Assembly: GCA_013265495.1 (NCBI GenBank)
Contig: MU058687.1
Coordinates: forward strand, 2,668,001 to 2,732,000
Reading direction: 5' to 3'
Length of the DNA: 64,000 nt
Origin: Vicugna vicugna
Lineage: Eukaryota
Of the stretch, positions 36,690 through 49,130 are shown piece after piece (position 1 is the first letter of the stretch; each line of letters starts with the position of its first letter). A model generated the notes under the pieces. It worked only from the letters and a program-made list of their open reading frames with translations. It did no database searches and was not told the DNA's origin. A program made the translations under genes and the position numbers.

Positions 36690-36820
36690 TTTATTTTTAT
36701 CAAAGGGTATTTTTTGTCAAAAATTGTGTCTCCCCTGAGACAGCGCAGCCTCTGAGCAGGCTCCTCTTGTTTCCATGGCAACAGCAGCTGGCTCACATGT
36801 GTGGTTGCTATGGAAATGAG
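36690..36820. promoter_or_regulatory. Candidate enhancer: TCF/LEF site plus two RFX X-boxes
   Basis: atcaaag (36699-36705), gtttccatggcaac (36769-36782), gttgctatggaaat (36804-36817). Confidence 0.6.
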
Positions 36821-38829
36821 ACTGGTTCTCCTCCCCTCCTTCCCTCCCCTCTCACTTTCTCATCACCTCGCCACCCCCTCCGTCTCCTTCACACCACTTG
36901 GGAGACAAGAATGAGCAATGGGAGGCCCCCTGGCACTGTGGGATGTGGCCCCTGGCTGGGCAGTCGCCATGCGGGATGACCCCTGTGACTGGACCTTTCT
37001 CCAGGCCCAGGGGGTGCGTCTGCAGGGGCCCTTCCTTCTACACTCTGGTATGTGGCTGTACTGATCCCAGGTGTGGGGCACAAGCAGCCTTGAGCTCTAG
37101 ACAAGGGACAAGGTGAAGCTCTGACAGGGTGGGGGCTGTCTTCTCCCTGCCCAGGACGTGTGTCCAGCACCTCACAGTACATTCGAAGCCTCTTCCTACC
37201 ACGGCATAGGTGTGTGAAAGAAAAGGAAGGCTTCTCAGGGAGGAAATCTATGGCCGTAGAGATGGAGGCAAAGGAGAGAGGGAGCAGACAGAGAAAGCTC
37301 TGTCTTGTTCGTCAGTGTGTAGGTTATGTGTAATTTTTCCCAGACATGTAAGCCCTTAAAGGGTAGGCTCCCTGCCTGACTTGCCACTGATGAATCCTCA
37401 GTGTCTGGGGAGGAGAGAGAAAAAATAATACACACCAAAATGTTCACCGTGACTGTTTTTAGGTGGTGATTCTTATTATAGCATTTTGCTGCTTTTCTTC
37501 AGCCAGCATGTATTAAATGTATAAAAAGACCAAACAACAGGTTTATTTGTTTGATCTGAGAGAAAAAAGGGAAGGGAACTTGAAGGAGACTGGAGACTGG
37601 AATAAGTCAGAGTCTCTTCTCCCTAAAGCCTGGGTCAGGCGGATGACTCTGACCCAGCCTCTCCTGTCACACACTGGGGCCCAGAGAGGTGAGGCGATTC
37701 GGGACCGTGGCATAAAAGAGGCGCCAGGGATCTTAAGTCGGAGCAGGAGGGGAGGGCTGTCCGCCAGGTAAGGGCAGGCGAGTGACTCTGGCATCCACGT
37801 GTCTGGAGGTTCCAGCAGTGGTGCTGCGAGGCCCGGGACACACGGCAGCGGCCCAGGCAGACCTCTCCCCTCTGTCCTTCAGCCCCTGGTGGGCACTGCC
37901 ACCCCCATCCCCACACCCCTGTCCCACCCTGTCTGTGGGGCCTCAGACTGGGAATTTGGCTCAGCTGTGCTAAAGAATGTGTGAAAGCTACGTCCAGGCT
38001 GCTGGTGCCAAAGGGGCAAGTTCCAGCTCCCAGGCTCTGCCTCTCGAGAGGCAGGGTGGCTGGAGGGCCTTCTCAAGGTCAAAGAAAACGTCATGGAGAT
38101 TCTTGTCCTCAGCCAAAGGCCGAGTCTCTGGCTCCTTCCCCCACCTGCAGTCAGCACCTCGGAAATTCGAGCACCCTGGATGGTGGGAGTGCAGGGGCCA
38201 GAGAGATCAGGTGAATATTCCCACCATCCTTCCATTTGATAGACAGACAGAGGGCAGGGGAGGCGAGGGCTCGCCCTGGCTTATCCCTGTCAGCTAATCC
38301 TGCCAGCCTTAAAGGCAGAGAGAGGGACGGAGGAGAACAAAGAGGCAGAGGAGGGAGGGAAAGCAGGAGAAAGCCACCCCCCTCCATCTGGCTCTCCCTG
38401 CCACCCAGCACAGCCACCGCACCCAGAGAGGACCTTGCCTTGTTCCTGGGTGAGGCCACGTGAACAAAAGATCAGAGGTAGGGATGGGGGGTGCAATGGA
38501 GGAGGGTCAGGATTTTTCGTGATGGTGAGTTGCACTCAGTGCTTGGTAATTTTAAAAGCTGAAAATTTAGGTTTGCACTTTTAAGGTCACAAAACCTTCA
38601 TAGCAAGAAAACAACCACATCACAAGGTTCTGATTTGCCCAGCACTGCCCAGTCTGAGCCGAGGCCCTGAAGAGATTCTGTCTCTCCAGTGCCTCCTCAT
38701 CAAAGCCAAGCAAGAGTGCTTCTAGGGTACCACTATGGTGCAGGAGAACCAAGGGTCAGAGGGTCAGGCAGTGAGTAATGGGTTGTGTCCACTATAAAGT
38801 CTCAGAGGAATCACCTCTCCCACACCCTA

Positions 38830-39530
38830 ATGAGAGGTTCCTCCACCCTCTGTTTGAATGCCTCCTGTGACAGGGATCTCATCTTCCTACAGATATCTCC
38901 TCTCCCCAGTCCTGGGTTTCCATTTTCTCTCGATAATATTTGTGCAATCCTTTCCATTAAAAAATAAAACAAACCAAAAACCAAAAACCTGTGTTTTCCA
39001 TTCCATTATCTTTACAGAGAAGATCAATGACAAATAGCATCCAGGTATATCTGTCATGCATGTAGGCTGAATTAGCCGTCTCCCCAAGCAGGCATTCCTG
39101 ATCCTAGCAAAACTTTGAAAACTGCTTAGATTTCCCTTCCCCACCTTCTGAACCACTGTCTCGCTCTTGGCCCTTTCTGCAAGCCTCAGCCTCATGTGGG
39201 TGCAGCGGGCCGGGTTCTATTCTTGCCATCTCAGATGCTCCTTTATTCTTGCCCTTGGTTCTGCGCCCTTCCTCCAGCTTTGAACGTGTCCTTCTCCAGG
39301 CTGAGCTCATCTGCCAGCCCTGCGATGATGCACTTCGTCTCTCAGGCTCCTCCCTTTCTCCTTCTCATCAGGACCTCTCATGATTACACGGTCAGAATTT
39401 TGTTTTTGAGGGCCTCCCAGAGCAGCTCCACATTCTTCTTTTAAAGGCTCACCTAGAGGACCATGCCTGCCTCTCCCTTGGTGTTTTGAACATTATCTGA
39501 TCAAGTTAGATACACGAGCGTCCTCCTCTT
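38830..39530 (-). mobile_element. L3/CR1 LINE remnant
   Basis: 3' end motif ctccaccctctgtttgaatgcctcctgtgacagggatctca, then ORF2-derived gcaagcctcagc..cccttggtt..ctgagctcatc..cttctcatcaggac..gtcagaattttgtttttgagggcctccca. Confidence 0.75.
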
Positions 39531-39551
39531 GTTTTCTTTCAAGTAGGAGAG

Positions 39552-39995
39552 TGTATTTGTTTCCTAAGGCTGCTGTAACAAATTACCACATACCGGGGTG
39601 GGGGAGGTGCTTAAAACAACAGACATTTATTCTCTCACAGTTCGGGGGCTGGAAGTCTGAAATCACGGTGTTGGCGGGGCCATACTCCTCTGCAAACTCT
39701 AGGGAAGGGTCCTTCCTTGCCCCTTCCAGCTTCTGATGTTTGCCAGGAATCCTGGGCTGGTAGATCGGTTACTCCAGTCTCTGCCTCCATCATTACTTGG
39801 CTTCTCCATGGGTCTCTCTGTGCCTGTGTCCATATTTCCTTCTTATAAGGATACTAATTTTGGATTTAAGACCCACACTGCACTAGTGTGACCCCATCTT
39901 AACTTGATTGTATCTGCACAGACTCTAAGTACGGTCACGTTTACAGGTTCCTGGTACACATGACTTTTGGAGGTAACACTGTTTGACCCAGGATA
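39552..39995 (-). mobile_element. MLT1B/C-type MaLR solo LTR
   Basis: tgtatttgtttcctaaggctgctgtaacaaattaccaca..cttaaaacaacagacatttattctctcacagttc..ggaagtctgaaatca..ttcttataagga. Confidence 0.92.
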
Positions 39996-40189
39996 CTCCC
40001 TCACCCTCATCTTTGATTTCTCTCTCTCACTCCCACAACCCCCCCCCCACCTCAAGCTTTCCAGTTAGCCTGGCTCTTCCTCCTTGACATCCTGCCAGTC
40101 TATCCCATCTTCATCATCCTGACAGTCAGGCCCTTTCCGTTCAGTGCCAGCTTTGGGGCCAGATGGAGTCCTGGCTTCTCTGCTTTGAT

Positions 40190-40350
40190 ATGGGCACTTG
40201 AGAATGTCACTTCACCCCTCTGGGCCTCAGTTGCCAACTTGCAAGGTGGGGATAACAGTACCCACTTTGTAGGATTGTTACAATGATTGAGTGAATTCCT
40301 CTTTGTAAAGAAAAAAAGCGATGCCTGGCACAGACAAGGCCATAGAAGTG
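40190..40350 (+). mobile_element. MIR SINE fragment
   Basis: gtcacttcacccctctgggcctcagtt..ggggataacagtacccac..gtaggattgt..tgcctggcacag. Confidence 0.8.
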
Positions 40351-40364
40351 TGAGGTATCATTTC

Positions 40365-40990
40365 AGGCCTTTATCATTTCAAACATGGATCACTGCAGCG
40401 GCTTCCTAGCCAAATGCTTCCCAGCTCCAGTCTCCAGCACCCTAATCTGTCCTCAAAACACAAATTTTACCACGTCACTCCACATCATCTAAATGTGTTC
40501 CACTGCCTTCAAGTCAAGGTCCAGAAATTTGCAGTGAACATCAGACCTTTAGCAAGGAAGCCCTTACCTTCTTGCACAGCCCTCTCTCATCTCTCACAGT
40601 CCTGAGCATGTAGGTGCACCCACACACACACGTGTACACACACACAAGCACACAAATCGTTCTCAAGCCGTGCTGCGACCTAACCGTAGCTCTTGGGAAG
40701 CACCAGGCTCTCTCCTGCCTCTCGGCCTCTGTGCTGCCCCTCTCCCCGGATGTCTGCCACTTCTTCCTCAAGACAGATTAAGCTGGGTCCACCTTCTCCA
40801 GGACACTGACCCTCGCCCCCACAGCCTTCCAGCCTGGTCTGGGCTCTAAATCCCTGGGCCCTGCCCTGTCTCTGCCCTGACAGCTGTGAGCTGCTCCAGG
40901 ACCAGGACTGTGTCCTTTCTCTGCATTTCTGGAAAATTCCTCAGAATTCAGCAGGTGTGGACATCAATGAAGCACATGTGAAGAAATGAT
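40365..40990 (+). mobile_element. L2 fragment
   Basis: tcaggcctttatcattt..catggatcactgcagcggcttccta..aaaacacaaattttaccacgtcactcc..ctgtgagctgctccaggaccaggactgtgtc. Confidence 0.7.
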
Positions 40991-43764
40991 ACCTTATTTT
41001 CCAGAACCTGCTGGGACTCCTTTACTTTGCATTCCTCTGTTTCCCATTCCACTTGACACCCACTTGTCTTCACCAGATCCCTGAGACGCTCTGTCTCCTG
41101 CCAGCCCCAGAGCCGCCTCCTCCTTGCTGTTCTGCGGCCTTTCCCGGCATCCTGGGCCCCTCCAAGTAGCCCGCTCGAGACCCCTCCCCTCCAATCTCAG
41201 TTGAACTTGTTTCCTTTCTTCCTTTGTTTGGGCCACTCATGGGCTATCCCTCTCTCCAGGCTGCTGTTTGCACCTATAATTGGATTGTTTGCGTGCACAT
41301 GCTGTCTGGGGACGTATTTGTGGGAAACCCTTTCCTAGTGCAGTTGTGTGGAGTTGGGTACTGCCAGGAGAGGGCCCTGGAGCCCCTGGGGTGGGGGCTG
41401 GGAGGCAACAGAAGTATAAACACTTACCCCCTCGGGGTTGGGGGGAAGGGTTGCACTCAAGCCCCACCACCGCCGGGCAACACCCTAGGGCACCTCTTGC
41501 CAGGGCACCCGAGGCCCTCAGGGCACTTTGCTGGCAGAGAAGGAGGTGGTGGAGGAGAAATCCTTTCTCCTTGGGTGCTGCCCACAAAAAAGAGTCTCAT
41601 GGGGCTGCTCCAGGGCCTGACTGCAAGCGGAGAGAAGAAAGGCCTCGGGGTGCCCTGGGCTTCACAAATTGGATGAGCAAAGGAGGCAGCCGGACCCCTC
41701 CTGGCAGGGAGGCTGCTCTGGATGACAGAAATACCCATAGCCCCAGGCCCCAGTCAGAAGGACCTTAATAGAGCCTCACTTGACCCCTTCCTTCTTGTGG
41801 GCTGGTGGAGGCAAGAGCTGGGCCGCCTGTCTGTCCTCAGAGGGAGCCCATCACAGCAGCAAGGCCCAGTCTCAGATCCCTGACCTGATTCTCAATGGCC
41901 AGCTGGTCACCTCAGAGGAATATCAAACTCGGCATCTTTCCTCTACCTCCCAGCTCCAGAGCCTCGGGGCTTCTCTTCTGGATACAAGGCACCCCCATCC
42001 ACCCAGCACCCGGTTGCCCAGGCCAGAAGCTGGGGGGTCTCCTTTGAGGCCTCTCTCCCCATACACATGTTGAGTTGATCACCAAGAGTGGTCATTTCTA
42101 CCTCCGGACACAGCCCCTCAGCTGCTGCCCAGACCTCGGCCACACCAGCCTCTGGCACTGGACTGCTCTGGCAGTCCCTTCACTGGCCCCTGCATTCCCT
42201 CTCTCCCAAATCACAGTGTGACCACCAAGTATGGAGGCAGAGGTGAGCAGAGAATAAATGGCTTATTGATCTTGCAGGACAATACACGACACAATAATAT
42301 GATCCAGGTCTCCTGGCCACCTGCAGTCTCCACCTAGTAGCCTGAGCGGACTTGCTTGCTCACATCTGATCTTGTCTCTCTTCTGTTCAAATATTCCATA
42401 GATTTGCAGGGGTGTAACTCTGAGGGCTCCTGGGCAAGAGAGAGGGCTCTCGTGCAGGAGAGCTGGGGGCCCTTTTCACGCAGACCTACTCTAGATCCCT
42501 CCTGGTGACATTCACTTTCTTCTTTTGACTCTTAAGCAACACCCCTCCTTTAGAACTCCCCCAAATCCTGAGCTGCTAGAAGTGACCCCCCGCCCCAGTC
42601 TCTGGAATTGCCCTCAGTTTCCCTGAGAAAGTTCATCTCTAAGCCTTCCTTCCACCCTGCTCGCCGGCGCCAGCTCCTCTGGGAAGGTACTGACTGGGGC
42701 ACTGCCTCCTTCTGCCCTAACCAGCTGGAAGGCCAGGCCCGGGGCACACCCAGCAGTTGATCCCGGTGTGCAGGCCCAGGGCTGCTGCAGATGCCCAGGG
42801 AGACCTGTGCAGCACCTGGGCCCAATGGACGGGTAGCAAGTCTCTCAACCCAGAGCCCCAAGGGCAGCACTGAGCTCTCCTCTTTGGGCTCCAGCCCTCA
42901 GTCTCCCCTCTGTTTTGTATTCAAGGCCCATTCCCTGCTCCAATGCAATGGTAACCACTTTCTAGCTGCCCCACGCTCCTCTCTGCATTATTCATGGACT
43001 CCACACCCTCTGCTGCAGCACAGGCTGATCTCACACTCCATTCAGAGAGAGAGAAAGTAAAGGCCCTGGTGAGATGGCGCGCCCCTCCGTGCCCCTCCCA
43101 CCATCCCTTTTATTCTCTGCCCTTTTCTTAAGTCAAGAGGGTCAAGAAGAGGGTCTGTGATGGCCACGCAACCTCCAGGGGTCACTGGCGCCCTTTAGCC
43201 ATTTGCTGCTTCTCATCCAGACCAGCTGCCAGCTCCATGGGCCTGGCTCTGCAGAGGGTTTCTGGAAAGCTCAGGGATGAGCTGGGGAAAATTCTTTCTG
43301 TAGAGTGTATTCAGGTTTCTCTCATCTTGCTCACAGCCCAGGGCTCTGCCTTTCCAGTGAGCAGGTGCCTCAGAGACCACTGGACCTAAGGAGACAGAAC
43401 ATGTCTTCTTGGTCACATTCCTGCACCCATAGCTTTGCTCTCTTCTGATCCCAGGGCTAGTAACAGGCCACCTTGGGCTGCTGCCACCTCTGGGCTGTGT
43501 TCGCCCCACTCCCAGTGGCTGTTCTCCTGTCCAGTCTTCCCTAACCCATGCCTGTGCCCACCTCCCCGGCCCCAGCTAAGCACTGGGGGCACCGGGCAGG
43601 GGTGGCAAGCCCTCTTCCTGAAGCCAGGTTCCTCCGAGGTTTCACAGCTGCCTGCCTCAGTGACCCCACACAGCTTCCCTGGAGGACACGGACAGACCAC
43701 CTGATGCAGAGGGGCCCAGCTGTGGCAGGTGAGGGTAGGGGGTTAAGATCATCAGGGAACTGTG

Positions 43765-43935
43765 CTCTGAGCACGCATCAAATCATCACATTTACTCTTT
43801 AAACAATTCTTTGAAGCAGGGGATATTTATCCCTCTTCACAGATAAAGAAACAGGCTCAGAGAAGTTAACGTGACCAAAGTTGCACAGCCAGCAAGTGGC
43901 AAGGCCCGTATTTTCTGATTCTAAAGCACTGCTTT
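43765..43935 (-). mobile_element. MIR SINE
   Basis: ttcacagataaagaaacaggctcagagaagttaacgtgaccaaagttgcacagccagcaagtggc. Confidence 0.85.
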
Positions 43936-44679
43936 GAGCCAACTCCTGGCAAAGAGGTCTTTTCCCAAGCGTTCCCCCATACTGCCCGAATCCTCCCTCG
44001 ACACCTTTCCAAGGGCCAGTTCAGCAGAGCCTGCGGATGCCACGCCCAGCGGGCTGGGATGCGGCAGTTCCGCCTGCCCCCACAAGGAGCCAACCACTAA
44101 TCAGAAGCACTGGTATCCAGGCAACCAGCCTCCCTGGCTTCAGATAAGCAGAAACAGCTGGGAGCTGCCTGGGCTGGGAAGCTGTCAGTGGGGAGGGCAG
44201 ACAGGGGAGCCAGTCAGCCAGGCAGCGTTATTTTGAGCCTGCTATTCTCGCCTTCCTTACCAGACTCTGGGGCCTTTCCCCCAAGCTTGCTCCTGCTACT
44301 GCTGCAGAGGTGGGGTCTCCTGGGGCTCTGCCCAGCCCGAAGCCCAGCACAGTTTGGGGAAAGTGGGCGGGGGACTGCTGAGCCTCCGTCTTTCTGTTTG
44401 GGAGGAAAGGAAGTCCTGGTCACAGGCTGCAGAGGTGCAGAGGCTCGGGGTCACTTAAAAGACAGCAGTAGTTGAAGTTCACCTTTGGGGCCTCCAGACT
44501 TCATTGACGGCATTTCTTCTCCCCCTACATCAGGCCGGCAGCAAGTGCCAACTCAGCTGAATACCCCACCCACTACGATGACAGAAGTCACTGTGTGTGG
44601 AAGGGGCTGCTGCAGGCACTGTGGGTAGTGGATGGTCAGACCAGCTGGGCTTGGTTCAGTCCTCCTCCCAACTCTGCTG

Positions 44680-44810
44680 ACGACCAGCCTGGCCACATCT
44701 CTCTGAGCCTCAGTTTTCTCACCTGTGAAATGGAGATAATACACACTGCAGGCTGGAGGTGGGAAATAAGTAGAAGTACATGAAATGCCCAGCACAGTGT
44801 CTGGAGTGGC
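44680..44810 (+). mobile_element. MIR SINE fragment
   Basis: ctctctgagcctcagttttctcacctgtgaaatggagataata..atgcccagcacagtgtctgg. Confidence 0.85.
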
Positions 44811-46199
44811 CAGTATGAGTAGGGCTTCCTTCCCTTCCTCGTGTCCAGGCCTGCCCCTGCCCGGCCTGGATTTCTCTCCCACAGAGGTTCTAGCCTCTCC
44901 CCGGCTATTTCTGTCTCCTGCTCTAAAGGTCAGTGCCTTTTCCGGGATGGGACAGCTGCTGCCTCTTCTCCACCTCTAAGTGGTGCCAGTCCCACGCCTG
45001 GGGACAGTGGTCACCCCAGATGGTTCCCCCTCCCTCTCCTATACCCAGGACTGGCCTGGGCATGCCCACCCCACTTTTACACATGGTATTTCAAGCCGGC
45101 CACTGGAGAACAGCCATTTATCAACTGACCGCAGCCAGTGGCCAGAATGCTCCTGCCGCTCCTTCAGCCTCAGGACAACCAAGGCTCCCTGCTGACCGCC
45201 AGGGCTTCTTCCCCTGAGTTCCAGCTCCAGGTGATGCCAGGCCCTCCACGGGGGCTGGTGGGCTTTTCCAAGAAGGCGACTTAAAGGAAAGGACAGGAAG
45301 AGACAGCGCACCCACCCCAGTCAGGAAACCATCACCACGGTAAACTTCAGGATTCCACTCCCCTCCCCTTCCCACTCCTCACTGCCTCCAGCCACTGCCC
45401 CTCTCCTCTGCTGGCCCTGAGGTCTGGGGTCTGTGACTGAGGGCTGGCGGGAAGCATGTCCTCTGGAAGCCCCCCTCCTCAGCCCACAGGTGCTCCTCCT
45501 CCCCAGCATCCCTGTGTCTAGGGGGCAGGAGGAAGAGGAGCAGTGGGTGAGTGATGCACTCCTACAAGAGCCTTGGCAGCTGGCGGCACCCAGGGGAGGC
45601 TGGGGGAGGGATGTGGCTTTCCCCAAGTGCGGCTAAAAAGCCTCCAGGAGACTCACGCACCCTCCTCCAACCGCAGGCTAACTTCTCTCAAACAGCTTCC
45701 ACGCGTCAATAGTGTTTCATATCCACCGTCTCACGCAGGCCCAACAACGGTCCTTCAGAGAGAAGAACGGGTGTCATTCCCGTTTCACACAGGACGCAAC
45801 TGAGGTTCCAAGTTCACACCAGCTCTGTCCCCAGTCCCACTGTTCCTCTCCTTCATGTTCACAAGGGAGTTCCTTAAAGGGCTCCACAGTGCGTCCTGGC
45901 CCTGCCGCCCACCCCTCTCTAGGCATGATGCCAGTCACCTGAGGTCCCAGGAGGAAAGGTGAGAGGATGGGGCTGTCCAGGGCCTGGAAGTCTCCGGCAC
46001 AGAGGAAGTCTTATCAGTGGTGGTGGGGAAGGAGGAGGGGACTGCCTGGTGGCCCCAAACCCAAGAAATGCAGAAAGGAGAAAGAGGCAGCCTCTGGAGC
46101 TGGGGGAAGGGCGGGGTGGAGCAGCACCCACCTCTTCCTCCAGCCTGGCCCCAGCCAATTTCTCCTATTCTTTCTGGCCACCCTAATCTCCTCTCCCTC

Positions 46200-46430
46200 C
46201 CCTCCATTTATCCCATTCCTGCTGTAGAGTTTCCCAGAGAGAAACAGGGACACAAAAGCAAGATAAACAGAACTGAAGGGGGCTTAGGAGGAGCATTCCA
46301 GAGCTAAAAATAACAGGGTCGGCTGGCCGGGAGAGCTAGAGAGCCTCCAGCCCTGCCCTACCCGACCCCACCCCCGCAGGGCAGCCCCCAGCCAGCCCCG
46401 CCCCCGCACCCCCACCCCCAGCTCTCAGCT
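46200..46430. promoter_or_regulatory. Candidate muscle-type enhancer (TEAD x2, GATA, MEF2, Sp/KLF)
   Basis: cattcct 46214-46220, agataa 46261-46266, cattcca 46294-46300, ctaaaaataa 46304-46313, GC and CACCC boxes at about 46360-46420. Confidence 0.55.
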
Positions 46431-47469
46431 GGGCCTCCAATCTGAGAAGTCTGGAACACTAATCTGCTATCCCTGTTCCGACCCCTAGGTGTGGGGCCAC
46501 AGCCCAGGGAGGTGGGATCCCACTCAGCTAGGCCCTCCTCCTCTATGGCACCCACTGGAAAGTCTGGGCCACTCCGGTGGGGCCACAGCTCAGCAGCTGA
46601 CCCTCCCTCCTGCCTTCTCTGTTGTTGTTGTTGTTGTGACAAAACAGAAGTTTGCAGTCCTATCAGCAAAGGCAGGGCTCCTTCAGACCAAGAAGGATCT
46701 TACTCTTACAAGCACAGCCTCCCCCCAACCCCAGAGCACACTAGATGCCAGCTCTCTCCCCTCCAGCAGCTCAGAGAGATCCACTGCAGCAGCTGGGACC
46801 AGCCGCGGAGCAAAGCAATCAGGCCTGCCAGAGATCAGAGCCTTCTGGAAGTGTCAGCCCGCTCTCCGCCCCAGCAGTGACCAAGCAGCCTGCGTCTTGG
46901 CCTGTGCAGGCCCCTGTCCCTGAGGGCTCCCCGGGTAGGTTCTATACATTGAGGGGCAGCTGCTGCAGCAATTCTGGTGAGCAGTGCTGGGAAGAGGTCA
47001 GGGAGCTGGGGTTGCCCCAGGAGCTTAGGCAGGAGAGCCCCTTCCTCGCATCCGTGACGCCCTTGGAGTGTCCCTGCAGGAGTCAAGCCTGCGAGTGGAG
47101 TTGTTTCAGGCGATCATGCCTGGCTCTAGCAGCCCCACAGACACGAGGACGCCCTTTCCTGAAAAGCCAGGAGGACTTGGACAGGCCTGCACAGCATCAG
47201 AACAGCCCCACTGCTCCGCCCACGCTGGGGTTTGCTCTTCTCCTGGCCATGCGCGTGGAGGAAACAGAGATCCTGAAAGCCAGAGCAAGCAGGGCAGGCT
47301 TAGCTGTGACTTAGCTGCTTAGTCTTCCACCAGCCGGCAGAGGGGTTTCTGTGCTGGACGGGGGAGGCAGCTGCTGTCCTCTGGAGATGCAGGGAGGCTA
47401 GAGGAAAGGGGTGTCCACGACCACAGGAACTCAGTCTCCTTGCTGACTGGCTCACCGGTTGGGGAGGCC

Positions 47470-47630
47470 CCAGCCTCCTGCCAGCCTCCGCTTGAATACA
47501 CCCAGTGATGGGAGGATCATCCCTATGAGAAAGTGCTGGTTATTAGCAACCTCCTCTTTGTTGTGCTGAGCTAGAATCTCCATCCCTGAGCCTCTCACAA
47601 TCTGCCTCTGCCCTCTGGGGACGTGAAACA
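47470..47630 (-). mobile_element. L3/CR1 3' fragment
   Basis: ccagcctccgcttgaatacacccagtgatgggag..tattagcaacctcctc..ctgagctagaatct..tctgccctctgggg. Confidence 0.6.
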
Positions 47631-48049
47631 GCTCCCCTGAAGTAGGGAGGCCTTTCAGAGGTAGAGAACTGGCTCTCCAACCACAGGGTCTAGGCTTTTT
47701 TTCAAATGCCAGATTTGGGGAAAGAATTAGATGATTCAAAACTATACTGCACTGTTGATAATAACACTTTCCAGCTCTGCTCATGACACCGCGTCTCGTG
47801 CCCTGCACACAGCAGCTTTATGTAGCAAGAGTGGAAACTTTTACTGCCCAGCTTGGTGGACTCTAGAGGAAAAGTTCTCACATGTCCAGTAAACACCAGA
47901 TCTTTCTCTGACAGCAGCTGGACATGCCATTGTTTACCAGGTTGACTGGATGCCTCAGGCCAGAGACCTGGGCGTCCTGGAGACCTGTCTCATTCCCTCT
48001 CCACCCCAACCCTGAACTGGTCCTCTCAGTCCCACCCCAGCCAGGTCTC

Positions 48050-48695
48050 ATTTCTACCCACTGTTCTCCATCCTTATGGCCAACACCCTAACCTAAGTTG
48101 CCCTGACCTCTTACCTCTACACTGTGCTCTCCACTTCCAGATCCTGCTTTCCATCCCACCCCCCAATTCATTCTCCACCTAGAAGCCAAAGCCTGGGTCA
48201 GATCCCATCATTCACCTGGGTGAACCTAACAATGGTGGTCCTTTTACCTCAATTAAAAAACCAAATTCCTCACCACTGGCTATAAGGCCCTTCAACATTG
48301 GATTCTGCCCTACCTCCCTGACCACTGGCTTCCTGGAACATGCTGAGCCTTTTCCTGCCCCAGGGCCTTTGCACATGCCAATCCCACTCCCTGGAACATC
48401 ATTCTATTAGCTCTTCACAGGCCTGGCTTCTTCTCAACTTTCAGGTCTCAGGTAGAGTATTACCTTCTCAGAAAGACCTCCCCGACTACCCTACTTTAAT
48501 GAGATTCTCTGTTATACGGCTTTTTCCATTTCATCTGTGTCACTTACAATGTACTTACTCACTCACTCATTCATTTACTTTACTGTCTGTTTATCACTCT
48601 AACATATAAGCTTCATGAGAACGGGACCCTGCTGGACCTGCTGTATCCCTGGCACCTGTGGGCACACAGGGACTATGTGTTGGATGATAAATGAC
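48050..48695 (+). mobile_element. L2 3' fragment
   Basis: ccaattcattctccac..aaattcctcaccactggctataaggccctt..cactggcttcctggaacatgc..cagggcctttgcacatgc..tataagcttcatgagaacgggacc..tgctgtatccctggcacct. Confidence 0.85.
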
Positions 48696-48842
48696 ACCCT
48701 TGTCCAGTCTACAGGGGTATTTGGAATCCAGCCCTCCTTAGAAACAGAGAGACAGACATGGAAACCACCCAAGGGCCTCCTGAACCCCATCTGAGGAGGA
48801 ATGCATTGAAGAAAAACTGGCTAGGTCTCATGGTTTTAATCT

Positions 48843-49130
48843 GTTCACTCACTCACTTAGTAATTTCTTCAGCAAAAACTGGGCTTGTCCTGGCAGCCAG
48901 ATACCATTCTAGGGACTGAGACTTTAGTGGTAAACTATACCGACAAAGTCCCTGCCTCAAGGACAGTACACTCACATTATAAACATTTGGTAATGACCAA
49001 GTAAACAACAAAACAATTATAGATGGTAGTAAGGGTACAGCAAAAACTGAAACTGGGTCTTGGGAGTAGAGCTTGAGGGAGGCAGTATGGTAGAGAAGGT
49101 GGTCAAGGAGGTCTGAGGGCTGTGGCCCCA
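48843..49130 (-). mobile_element. L2 3' fragment
   Basis: ttcactcactcac..gccagataccattctaggga..gacaaagtccctgcctcaagga..attatagatggtagtaagggtac..ggtggtcaaggaggtct. Confidence 0.7.
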
